Of a stretch of DNA of 64,000 bases, positions 1-8,415 are shown piece after piece. The stretch lies in IMG/VR virus record IMGVR_UViG_3300010270_000394, positions 36,982-100,981 of that record. One strand, 5' to 3'. This stretch comes from a virus. Taxonomy: Duplodnaviria > Caudoviricetes. Under the pieces are notes generated by a model. That model saw only the letters and a program-made list of their open reading frames with translations, had not been told where the DNA came from and did not search any database. The translations under genes were made by a program, and so were the position numbers. Each line of letters begins with the position of its first letter. Position 1 is the stretch's first letter.

Positions 1-27
1 ATTCTCCTTTTTTACAGCAATTTCTTG

Positions 28-121
28 TTGACTTTGATAAAATCTTGCTTTATACTGTGCTTGAAACCGTATTATTTTACTGCTCGAAAAGAAATATACC
101 ATACTATTTTATTGTTGTCAA
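28..121. promoter_or_regulatory. Face-to-face sigmaA-type promoters of an ImmR-like switch
   Basis: Plus strand: TTGACT(28-33)-17 bp-TATACT(51-56). Minus strand: TTGACA(121-116)-17 bp-TATATT(98-93), pointing to an RBS (AAGGAG) at the window edge. Confidence 0.6.
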
Positions 122-161
122 TACCAAAAACAAGAAAATTTTATCGTTGTGAGGTATTGTT

Positions 162-524
162 ATGGACTCCACATTATATATTAGGATCAAAGAACTCTGC
201 AAAGGCGAAGGAATCACGCTTAAAGAACTCTGCGAGATCACCGGCGTAAAAGAAACAAATCTGAACAAATGGAAAAACGGGACTTCCCCTTCCATTGATT
301 CGATCCGTCCGATTGCAAACCATTTCCATGTTTCTCTGGACTATTTAACCGGCAACAGCGACATTCCGCAGAACGCCGACGCAATTCTCCAAGACGCTGA
401 TATTATTTCACTTCAACGCGCAAGGCTGCGGCTTTCCAAAGAGGATGAAGCGCTTTGGAACAGCTCAATGGAAATGCTGCGACGCACATTTGACCGCGCT
501 TTCGGCAAAGAGGAAAACAAATGA
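162..524 (+). CDS. XRE/Cro-CI family HTH repressor (ImmR-like)
   Basis: HTH_3 pattern (GITLKELCEITGVKETNLNKWKNG...IANHFHVSLDYL), overlapping a downstream ImmA-like gene. Confidence 0.9.
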   Translation: MDSTLYIRIKELCKGEGITLKELCEITGVKETNLNKWKNGTSPSIDSIRPIANHFHVSLDYLTGNSDIPQNADAILQDADIISLQRARLRLSKEDEALWNSSMEMLRRTFDRAFGKEENK

Positions 525-1222
525 TCCGTTACGGTTTGGTTCACAAAGAGGTTTTACATATCTACAAAATGCTCGATCCGGTTGCTTTTCCAATCGAACC
601 GTGCAATTTATCGTACATTTTTCCAAATCTCCGCATGATGACCTACCAGCAATACGCCGATTGGAACGATTGCTCCATTGAGCGTGTTATCCAGACTTGT
701 AAAAGCAAATTCGGCTGTACGCACTACGATCCGGTCAATGACAGGTATCTCATTGTCTGGAACGATGATACGGCAGATAACAATGTGCTTGGACGGCAGC
801 GCTGGACAAAAGCACACGAACTCGGTCATGTTGTGCTGAAGCATTTGCCGATGACTGCGCAAAAAAAGATGTCGCGTGACGGATTTTACAGTAAGCATGA
901 CGACGAACTTGAGGAAGAAGCAGATTTGTTTGCAGCTCTCCTACTCTGTCCGTGGGCGCTCTATCGGCAGCTCTATATTGATTCTGCCGCAGATATAGAA
1001 AACATCTTCGGGCTTTCCGAAATGGCGGCGAATATCCGTTGGCAAGACTATCTACGCTGGCGAGGTTGCCGACGAGCGCCGGAGGAAAACACTTGGGCTG
1101 ACAGAATGCGGAGCATTATCCAATTGAGAAAACGTGCAGGACATTTGGAACATCCACCGTTCCGTTACAAAGGCTTCCGAAACAGCACGATCATGGTTTG
1201 GAAAGACGCGGAGAACTTTTAA
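521..1222 (+). CDS. ImmA/IrrE family metallopeptidase (anti-repressor)
   Basis: RQRWTKAHELGH (HExxH) and EEEADLFAALLLCP motifs; coupled to the XRE gene. Confidence 0.9.
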   Translation: MIRYGLVHKEVLHIYKMLDPVAFPIEPCNLSYIFPNLRMMTYQQYADWNDCSIERVIQTCKSKFGCTHYDPVNDRYLIVWNDDTADNNVLGRQRWTKAHELGHVVLKHLPMTAQKKMSRDGFYSKHDDELEEEADLFAALLLCPWALYRQLYIDSAADIENIFGLSEMAANIRWQDYLRWRGCRRAPEENTWADRMRSIIQLRKRAGHLEHPPFRYKGFRNSTIMVWKDAENF

Positions 1223-1223
1223 T

Positions 1224-1250
1224 AAAAGGCTGGTTATGCGCCAGCCTTTT
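1224..1250. terminator. Bidirectional intrinsic terminator
   Basis: AAAAGGCTGG-ttatgcg-CCAGCCTTTT between convergent genes. Confidence 0.7.
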
Positions 1251-2451
1251 CTTTTTGCATCTGCTTGATGATTCGGTCGATCTCCCGCGCCACCAGCACA
1301 AAATCATCCTCTATATAACCCTTGGTCGTCATCGCCGCCGTTCCGATCCGAATACCGGACGTGAGCTGCGGCGAACGAGTTTCATTCGGAATACAATTCT
1401 TATTCAGAGAAATATCGTGCCGATCCAGACGTTCTTGAACTTCCTTGCCGGTCAATCCGGTCTTGGTAAGGTCTATCAAGAACAGATGATTGTCTGTCCC
1501 TCCGGTCACAACATCGTATCCGAGACGAATAAACTCGTCGCACATGGCGCGGCTGTTGCGAACCACCTGACGGATGTAAGTTTTGAACTGCTCCGTACAA
1601 GCCTCTTCCGCTGTGACCGCTTTTCCGGCGATGACGTGCTGCAATGCGCCGCCCTGCGTACACGGAAATACCGCGCTGTCGATCTTCTTGGCAAGTTCAG
1701 GCTTGCAGAAAATCAGACCGCCTCTTGTGCCGCGCAAGGTTTTATGCGTGGTCGTCGTGATCACGTCCGCAAGTCCAAATGGCGAAGGATGTTCACCGGC
1801 AGCAACCAAACCGGCGATATGCGACATATCCACCATGAAATACGGGCGCTGCATCGCGGTCTTGTTGTAGCACGAATAATAATCGTCAATGATCTTGTTG
1901 ATCCGACGAAAATCAATGATTCTGCTGTACGCGCTTGCTCCGGCAAGAACCAGCTTGGGATGATGTTCATGCAGCTTATGGTACAAGTCATCGTAGTCAA
2001 TCCTACCGTCCGCGTCCACGCCGTAAAATTCCACATTGAACAATTTTCCGCTGAAATTTACCGGCGAACCGTGCGTCAGATGACCTCCATCGTTTAGGCG
2101 CATGGAAAGGATCGTGTCGCCGACGTTCAGGAGCGCCATATATGCCGCGAAGTTTGCGGACGATCCGCTGTGCGGCTGAACATTGACATGATACGACGTG
2201 CCGAACACTTCACTCCACTTCTGGCAGCAGTATTCTTCCAGCTCGTCTACATACTGACAACCGCCGTAATATCTGCCGCAATTTCCAGTCATACGATATG
2301 CCGGATAACCTTCGGAGTATTTGTTTGTCAGGCACGATCCGACCGCCTTCATGACGTTTTCGCTGACAAAATTCTCGCTGGCAATCAACTCAATTGTGTT
2401 GCACTGGCGAATATGTTCTTTCTCGATAATCTCAAATACTTTCGATTCCAT
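1234..2451 (-). CDS. glyA: Serine hydroxymethyltransferase (auxiliary metabolic gene)
   Basis: LIASENF, TNKYSEGYP, RYYGG, VNVQPHSGS, GGHLTHG and TTTTHKTLRG (PLP lysine) motifs. Confidence 0.97.
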   Translation of the reverse strand: MESKVFEIIEKEHIRQCNTIELIASENFVSENVMKAVGSCLTNKYSEGYPAYRMTGNCGRYYGGCQYVDELEEYCCQKWSEVFGTSYHVNVQPHSGSSANFAAYMALLNVGDTILSMRLNDGGHLTHGSPVNFSGKLFNVEFYGVDADGRIDYDDLYHKLHEHHPKLVLAGASAYSRIIDFRRINKIIDDYYSCYNKTAMQRPYFMVDMSHIAGLVAAGEHPSPFGLADVITTTTHKTLRGTRGGLIFCKPELAKKIDSAVFPCTQGGALQHVIAGKAVTAEEACTEQFKTYIRQVVRNSRAMCDEFIRLGYDVVTGGTDNHLFLIDLTKTGLTGKEVQERLDRHDISLNKNCIPNETRSPQLTSGIRIGTAAMTTKGYIEDDFVLVAREIDRIIKQMQKEKAGA

Positions 2452-2582
2452 TACGCGCTTTCCCTTTCCTGTTCTTCAAGTTCATGATATGCTTCAGATA
2501 CGGTGTCCGCAGAGAGGATAAAATTGCCGGAACTATCACGGACTTCAACGTGTCCGTTAATGTGAAAGATGGCGTAGTTCAT
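2451..2582 (-). CDS. Small hypothetical protein (43 aa)
   Basis: ATG at 2582 with GGAGG RBS; the longer track ORF overlaps a tRNA-like element. Confidence 0.6.
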   Translation of the reverse strand: MNYAIFHINGHVEVRDSSGNFILSADTVSEAYHELEEQERESA

Positions 2583-2611
2583 AATATCCTCCATTATTGT
2601 ATTTCTTGTTA

Positions 2612-2683
2612 TGGCGGCAGATGCCGGAATCGAACCGGCGTTTCCGTGTGAACCACAGCGTATTACCACTATACGAATCCACC
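2612..2683 (-). tRNA. Atypical tRNA-like RNA (Glu-like TTC, shortened anticodon arm)
   Basis: Acceptor GGTGGAT/ATCTGCC+GCCA, D arm GTAT-AGTGGTA-ATAC, T loop TTCGATT; anticodon stem CTGTG/CACGG closes only 5 nt (GTTCA). Confidence 0.65.
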
Positions 2684-2685
2684 GT

Positions 2686-2940
2686 AGAGGCTGCCGGATA
2701 TTGCAATTCTCCAACAGCATACCCTTGTCTGCCGTCGAAAGTGTTTATGGCTGTACGGGCGCATAAACAGCATTTCAACGTACTTCCTGCACTTGGGATG
2801 GCAAGGACTCCCTCGATACTCTTCATAGACCGAAAACACTTATCCGCGATATAAGACTCACGCGATAACGCTGCTAAAACTCTCACAGCTTTGAAGGATT
2901 TTTCCATTGTGCAGATGGCGGCGTTCACTCTGCCGTGCTA
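2686..2940 (-). ncRNA. Candidate structured ncRNA (about 255 nt)
   Basis: Region inside the tRNA cluster with several hairpins (GCAGA/TCTGC, TTATCGCG/CGCGGATAA, GTTTATG/CATAAAC, GCTGTTGGA/TCCGGCAGC) and no convincing ORF. Confidence 0.4.
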
Positions 2941-3088
2941 TGGATAACAGCTCGACGATGTATCCGGAAGGAGGTGAGACACATGGATTCGTCAAGAGAA
3001 AGGAGAACAAGATGTCAGAACAAGAGAAGAACCGTCTGATCTTTTTTGATGATTTGTCGCTCGGCAAAGCGATTCGAGCTGCTATCCA
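2941..3088 (-). ncRNA. Candidate anti-Shine-Dalgarno sRNA
   Basis: 15-bp closing stem (3088-3074 with 2955-2941); internal loops UCACCUCCUUC and UUCUCCUUUCUC; begins 1 nt after the tRNA-Lys CCA. Confidence 0.55.
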
Positions 3089-3089
3089 G

Positions 3090-3165
3090 TGGTGCGTCAG
3101 GAGAGGATCGAACTCTCGACTTACAGATTAAAGGTCTGTTACTCTGCCAACTGAGTTACTGACGC
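3090..3165 (-). tRNA. tRNA-Lys(TTT) with C33
   Basis: Full 76-nt cloverleaf, anticodon loop CCTTTAA, encoded CCA. Confidence 0.9.
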
Positions 3166-3171
3166 ATATAG

Positions 3172-3245
3172 AACAGAAGGCAAGAATCGAACTCGCGCAT
3201 AGCAAGCCGTTTATGCTTGCCGTGTTACCACTTCACCACTTCTGT
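3172..3245 (-). tRNA. Atypical tRNA-like RNA (extended anticodon arm, no CCA)
   Basis: Acceptor ACAGAAG/CTTCTGT, D loop AAGTGGTAA, T loop TTCGATT; anticodon stem GCAAGC/GCTTGC with loop ATAAACG. Confidence 0.6.
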
Positions 3246-3249
3246 TCTT

Positions 3250-3340
3250 TGGCGCAAGAGGCAGGATTTGAACCTACAACGGAGTTGATCAGACTCCACC
3301 GCTCACTTCGCGGCGCGTTTAACCATTTCGCCACTCTTGC
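3250..3340 (-). tRNA. Atypical type II (Ser-like) tRNA with non-canonical anticodon loop
   Basis: Acceptor GCAAGAG/CTCTTGC+GCCA, long variable arm GGAGT/ACTCC, T loop TTCAAAT; anticodon loop GAAGTGA lacks U33. Confidence 0.7.
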
Positions 3341-3428
3341 GTATGGCGGCTGCGTCCCCGAAAACAACCGTCATACCGAAAAGGAGGGAAAACTTTCCAA
3401 AACCGGTTAAAAACCGAGAATTGGCAAA

Positions 3429-4208
3429 TCAGGAAATCTTTGTCGCATTATCATCGTTGGTAAGCGCTGGAAATTTGAAATCCTTGAACCGCTTGAGCTG
3501 CGACTTGCTCAATCGCGGAGAAACAATCTTGAAATTCTTGATCATGTGATCCGAAACGACCACTACCGGAATTTGAGTCATTCCCATCATGCGATAGATC
3601 AGATAACTTGTATAACCGTCAAACAGCGTTCCATCGCTCTTGATGAAGATTTCCGTATCACACTTGCCGTTCTTTTTGAATTCTTCCAGACGACGGTTGA
3701 GCTTTTCCGTGTTCGGAATCGTCCGCGCAAATGCCTCCGTGATATGGATTTTCTCTGCACCGATATTAAGACGCGGGAGATTCAGGAAAACGCAGTCACA
3801 CGACGCGGCAGCTTTATCGACATAGAGTTGATTCGCCTCAAACTGAAGGACTTCTCCGACTTCCGTTTGAACAAAAAACATAGCGATTTCGTCATCCATT
3901 GTCTTATCGAAAGTCATCGAAATAATCTTGCCGCACTTGACACCGTAGATCAGGTAGTTCGGCTTGAGTCTGCCCTTGCCGCCACAATGCGGACATTCGT
4001 GTTCTGCACTGATGATCACAGGCTTTTCCGGATCGAACATATTCATCACCATTGCATAGCGGAACTGCGGATCGGAGAACTCATATTTGTTCAAGCTCCG
4101 GTAGAACTTCTTTTTGCCAGTCCCCTCACAGAGCCAACACGGTACGCTGGATTGACGCGCAAGATAAAAAACGCTTTGTCCGATTTCAAAATCAGTTTTG
4201 AACTCCAT
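3429..4208 (-). CDS. Hypothetical protein with DnaJ-type Zn-finger repeats and possible ParB-like C-terminus
   Basis: CWLCEGTG and CPHCGGKG (CxxCxGxG); LFDGYTSYL segment; AAAGGA RBS. Confidence 0.6.
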   Translation of the reverse strand: MEFKTDFEIGQSVFYLARQSSVPCWLCEGTGKKKFYRSLNKYEFSDPQFRYAMVMNMFDPEKPVIISAEHECPHCGGKGRLKPNYLIYGVKCGKIISMTFDKTMDDEIAMFFVQTEVGEVLQFEANQLYVDKAAASCDCVFLNLPRLNIGAEKIHITEAFARTIPNTEKLNRRLEEFKKNGKCDTEIFIKSDGTLFDGYTSYLIYRMMGMTQIPVVVVSDHMIKNFKIVSPRLSKSQLKRFKDFKFPALTNDDNATKIS

Positions 4209-4282
4209 AGCGAATCCTTTCTTGTAAATGTTGTTATGTTGTCTTTAGGAATGCCGGTCATCACCGGCTCTTTTCACTTGAC

Positions 4283-4311
4283 ATTATACTTGTAATTCTT
4301 GTTATTGTCAA
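4283..4311 (-). promoter_or_regulatory. Consensus sigmaA promoter whose spacer is the 17-bp motif
   Basis: TTGACA-ataacaagaattacaag-TATAAT on the minus strand. Confidence 0.9.
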
Positions 4312-4450
4312 GAGCTTTTTTGAAAATTTCCGAAAAATTCTTCAAGATCGGTTTTTCACGGCGAAACGGGCAATCACGCAAACACATGACGCAGCGCTGT
4401 CCGCAGGAATGATCCGCGCTTGGATAAATACCGGCGACCGGCTGCATGGT

Positions 4451-5092
4451 TTAATCTCCGTATGGGCTTCCCCACTGGAAATCCCACTCAACACGATAGC
4501 CGTCCGAATTGAACTTATAGAAATGATTATGTACGCCGTCACCGTAGAAATACTCATAATCCACCGGCAACACACGACCGACATCCTCCGAGCCGTTACG
4601 CTCCGCGTTCCAGCGTTCCAGAACGTCATAAGAAAGTTCAAGCAGATCATCCCACACGGGAGAGCTGGAACGATAGGCAAACTGGTTCTGCTGCGTCAGA
4701 ATTTCCGCAATGGTATCGGGAAACTCCGGATCATCAATGCGATTGAGCGCCGTCCAAACAACAGCGGCTTTCTCTGCTTTGCTCGGTACGCCGCGACATT
4801 CCGCATACATTAATTTTGCAAGCATGATCGCGTCATCATCCGTATAATACTTGACAGGTTCAGGCTCGGCTTCCGGCTGCGGCTCTTCCAGTTCGATCAT
4901 TGCAGAACTGTACTGTACGAGACTTTCCATTGTCGGCATGGACTCCTGCGCCGCCTTCAGCTCGTCTACCTGTGTCTGCAAAGACCGAATCTTCAAGTTG
5001 TTGATCATGATTCCGGTCATGAGGACTGCCATAAATACCATAATAGCAAGCACCTCATAAAAGATTTTACACTGTTTTCTTCGTTCTGTCAT
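4451..5092 (-). CDS. SleB-like cell wall hydrolase (Hydrolase_2) with N-terminal TM anchor
   Basis: LAKLMYAECRG...ALNRIDDPEFPDTIAEILTQQNQF. Confidence 0.8.
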   Translation of the reverse strand: MTERRKQCKIFYEVLAIMVFMAVLMTGIMINNLKIRSLQTQVDELKAAQESMPTMESLVQYSSAMIELEEPQPEAEPEPVKYYTDDDAIMLAKLMYAECRGVPSKAEKAAVVWTALNRIDDPEFPDTIAEILTQQNQFAYRSSSPVWDDLLELSYDVLERWNAERNGSEDVGRVLPVDYEYFYGDGVHNHFYKFNSDGYRVEWDFQWGSPYGD

Positions 5093-5122
5093 TTTTCCAT
5101 AGTCTCCTTCTTGTAATTATTG

Positions 5123-5983
5123 TTATTCAAGTCCAATGAGACGATTAATATACTCCGGCTGTTGATGAAAAATCGGAATATCATAATCAATTACCCACTT
5201 GTTGCGAGTGAGAACGTTTTCTCCATCGGTCTGTGCAACTCCATTATGGACAATCGGCATTGGCTTTTTGATGCAGCATACGCCGCGCTTGCTCCGCGTT
5301 GTATAGTTGTTCCAGTTGATTCCCTTCTCCACGAAAAGCATTTCCTGAATATCGTTACAGGATTTTCCATGAAGCTGCTTGTGAGAGAAATTTGCCTGAC
5401 CGACCATCTGAATACTGTTGCGCGTTGCGTCCTGTTGCCGCCATTCCAGCACATTCATCACGTCATCGCACGGAACGTTAAATACGCGGGAATCAAACAA
5501 CGCTCCGCGATCCAACGCTTTATTGTAAGCGACGCATATACATTCCTCTACTGCAAACGTGTTTTCCGGATAATCCATTTTCATATCAAGAATACGTTCG
5601 TTATGTGACGCAACACATTTTGCAAACGCACGATTGAATGCCAAAGTCGCCATCGACGCGGAAATACTGGTAATTTTTTCCACATTATAGTCAAACCACG
5701 CATCCGAGGTCAAAGTCTGATAGTCGATCAGAACAAGCGTGATCTCGTCAGACTGTGTATAGCCGAGGACGCAGCCCTGAATGTTCTCGCAGAGATATTT
5801 CATCGTATCTTCCATCGCGTTCATCAAAACAAAATCAAACGGTTTTTGAAAACCGCGCGTGAACGTGTGAAACGCCTTGCCGTCCAGACGGATAATCACC
5901 GGTACGCGGCGCGTCAGGAACACCTTCGGCACTGCTTCATAGGTTTTCATCCGATCTCCAAGACTGTCGTGCTTATTGCTCAT
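5123..5983 (-). CDS. tRNA(His) guanylyltransferase Thg1-like protein (3'-5' polymerase)
   Basis: DRMKTYE, IIRLDGKAFHTFT, YTQSDEI, FDSR and WRQQDATRNSI motifs. Confidence 0.93.
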   Translation of the reverse strand: MSNKHDSLGDRMKTYEAVPKVFLTRRVPVIIRLDGKAFHTFTRGFQKPFDFVLMNAMEDTMKYLCENIQGCVLGYTQSDEITLVLIDYQTLTSDAWFDYNVEKITSISASMATLAFNRAFAKCVASHNERILDMKMDYPENTFAVEECICVAYNKALDRGALFDSRVFNVPCDDVMNVLEWRQQDATRNSIQMVGQANFSHKQLHGKSCNDIQEMLFVEKGINWNNYTTRSKRGVCCIKKPMPIVHNGVAQTDGENVLTRNKWVIDYDIPIFHQQPEYINRLIGLE

Positions 5984-6215
5984 AGTTTTCCTCACTTTCA
6001 AATCCAGCAATGACACATTGCATTATTTGTTGCTCTTTTTTCTTTTGTCGATATAGATTTGCTTGTCGCAGTTGATTTTTCTCTGCGTCATGCAGCATTT
6101 TCACAAGAATATCAATTGCTTCTTCCTCGTCTTTATTATTGTATCCAACGTGAAAATTCTCCATCGCTTCAATCGCCATGTTTAACGCAACAATTTTCTT
6201 TTTACTCAAGTACAT
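5973..6215 (-). CDS. Hypothetical protein
   Basis: ORF with GAGGG RBS, coupled to the Thg1-like gene. Confidence 0.6.
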   Translation of the reverse strand: MYLSKKKIVALNMAIEAMENFHVGYNNKDEEEAIDILVKMLHDAEKNQLRQANLYRQKKKEQQIMQCVIAGFESEENYEQ

Positions 6216-6407
6216 GGTTATTCCCTCACAGCGAAGCGATATACAAATTAGCAACTTGTTTCATAGTCAAATCCTGAAAAAGCCCATCGTCTTTTGCCGC
6301 TCTCGCAAGTCCAAGAATGAACCCATACAGCAAATATAGTTTTTCGTTATCTGTCACATTCAATCACTTCCTTGTAATTATACTTATTGGAGTAAAAAAC
6401 ACTACTC

Positions 6408-7226
6408 CTATTCGTATTGCTGAAGCATATTCTCCACCTTGGAGATTTGCGCCTGATCCATGATGCGACCGCCGCGATTGAGCATCAGGAAGAGGTTGAG
6501 AATGTCCTTTTTCTCCGCGTTGCGAACTTCCGCGACGGAAATATTGTGATTCTTGAACGTGCATTTATCCGTTCCGGAAAGCTGCGAGAAGGTCTTGCCG
6601 CGATAGGTGATCCTGTCCTCGTAGAATTCCAGAAGCGTATTCAAGCGCTGCTTGCCGTCCAGAATTTCATAGGAATATCCGTCTGCTTTCCAATCCGTAT
6701 CGCTGCGATGGATCAGGACAAATTTTCCAATGTCGATGTTCTTGAAAACGCTGTCCAAAAGATACTCTTTGTCCGCGCCGTTCCAAACAAAGTCACGCTG
6801 ATAGTCCGGATTCATCTGGATTCCAAAGAAATAAGCGCGATGAAGCAGGGATTCAATGGTCTGATTGTTAAAATTCAGGCGAATATCGTCATTTTCCGTG
6901 AATTTCGTGTCCTCAATCGCTTCGCGGGAGCGGACTTCCATCCATCTTGCAAGGCGATAGGTGTTATAAGTATAGGGGTGTCCGTAGTTGTTGTTCGTCG
7001 CTTCGCAGTACAGAAGATAGGCTTTTCCATCTGCAAGAACTTCTTCCACGACCGCGCTGTTGAGCGCTCCAAAAAGAACCGAATCTCCAACATTGAAATA
7101 ATACATCGGTTCTGGCGTGAATTTGATCTCCTGCTCCAACTCACGATAACAATGCTGTTTTTCCTGCGCGAGTCGTTCTTCCGGAGTAAGCGGTTTCTTT
7201 TCAACTTTTCGTGCCATTATTGCCAT
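6408..7226 (-). CDS. DUF262 (ParB/Srx-fold) domain protein
   Basis: PDYQRDFVW and ILDGKQRL motifs, F..LN. Confidence 0.85.
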   Translation of the reverse strand: MAIMARKVEKKPLTPEERLAQEKQHCYRELEQEIKFTPEPMYYFNVGDSVLFGALNSAVVEEVLADGKAYLLYCEATNNNYGHPYTYNTYRLARWMEVRSREAIEDTKFTENDDIRLNFNNQTIESLLHRAYFFGIQMNPDYQRDFVWNGADKEYLLDSVFKNIDIGKFVLIHRSDTDWKADGYSYEILDGKQRLNTLLEFYEDRITYRGKTFSQLSGTDKCTFKNHNISVAEVRNAEKKDILNLFLMLNRGGRIMDQAQISKVENMLQQYE

Positions 7227-8351
7227 CCTTCCTTTGCGCGGCGTTGTATAAAATCTTTCAAATCCTGCAAAGCGATTTCGGATTTTTCCTTACACTCAAG
7301 AATATAATCGTCGTCAATCTCGCCTGTTCCGATTCTATTTTTCCATCGCTGATAGGTGCAAAGACTTGTCAAAAATTCCTGCGACTTAAAGATGATATAT
7401 TCACAATCCCGCACACCGACACGATATATTCCGACATCTGTTACAACAGGACTGACTTCCGGAACTTGTTTCATCAAATCTGCAAGTTCCATCAGTTTTT
7501 CCATTTCCACTTGCGTCATGTAAATTTCCTCCCGCAACGCGGACAGTAATCCACATTGAACCGAATCGTGTAGTCATGTGCCGTGACAAGAATTTCTCCG
7601 TGACTATCCACAAAGGCGTTATTTTCGTTGTTCGCCCAAAAAAGTGCAAGATCACCTTGACAGCATGAACAGTTCGGCTTGTTTTCTGAATTTTCCATCA
7701 CAGCACCGCTTTCAGTTCATTGATGATGATGCTGAACGCATGGGAAACTTCCACGCTGATTTTTCCGTCGATCCTTGCGTCTCGAATCTGCGTAGCTATG
7801 CGCTGCAACTGCTCCTGATCATGACAGGCTGCGAGATCAGTCAAAAAGTCTTTCATTTCGTTCATGATTAATCTCCTTTCAACTTATCGAACATATTGAT
7901 TGCATAAACAATATCCAACAGTTCGTCACGCACCTCAATGATTTCTCCGTTTTCGTAGTCATCCGCTAATTTCCGGAGCATGGCAGTAATTTCCTCGTCG
8001 TCCAATTGTCCTTTGACAGTCATGTACTTCATGTACTTGCTCATGATGATTTCTCCATTTCCATCAATACTGATCTTCTTTGGTACAGATTTGGAAAATA
8101 AGAATGTCAATTCCTGTGTTTGCAATATGATATGGCTTGATACCACGAACTTGTGAAGCGAACCACCTGCCGTCCCTATACGATTTTCCGGAAACCTGAT
8201 CGTCAAAAACAACTGTTCCCTTTGAACAATCCGGCGTATCGTCATTGGAAAGTTCATAAGAATTGGGATAGTCAACGATCCGAATGTACTCATTGCCTCG
8301 AATGATATAAGTGATCGTTTCGATCGCGACTTTACTTGCGATACGTTTCAT
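7217..8351 (-). other. Run of about 5 small hypothetical genes (7217-7519, 7516-7701, about 7698-7865, 7868-8044, 8064-8351)
   Basis: Tightly packed minus-strand ORFs with RBSs; one has CxCC...CPRCG. Confidence 0.6.
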
Positions 8352-8415
8352 TGTTTTTCTCCTTTTTCAGTAATCGTACACACAAAAGCGAATTGTGTGA
8401 ATGAATTCTCCAAAA

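Noticed and set aside
162-1222. ImmR/ImmA pair as evidence of an ICE, or ImmR as the obvious binder of the 17-bp motif
   Set aside because: No conjugation genes are present, and the switch region 1-160 lacks the motif (it has GATAAAAT repeats instead).
3060-3089. Theta/HDV-like ribozyme after tRNA-Lys or tRNA-Met (both trailers begin near GGATAGC)
   Set aside because: I could not build the nested double pseudoknot; a simple long stem explains the tRNA-Lys trailer.
2557-3549. Track ORFs across the RNA cluster
   Set aside because: They overlap tRNA cloverleafs and structured RNA and show no protein motifs.
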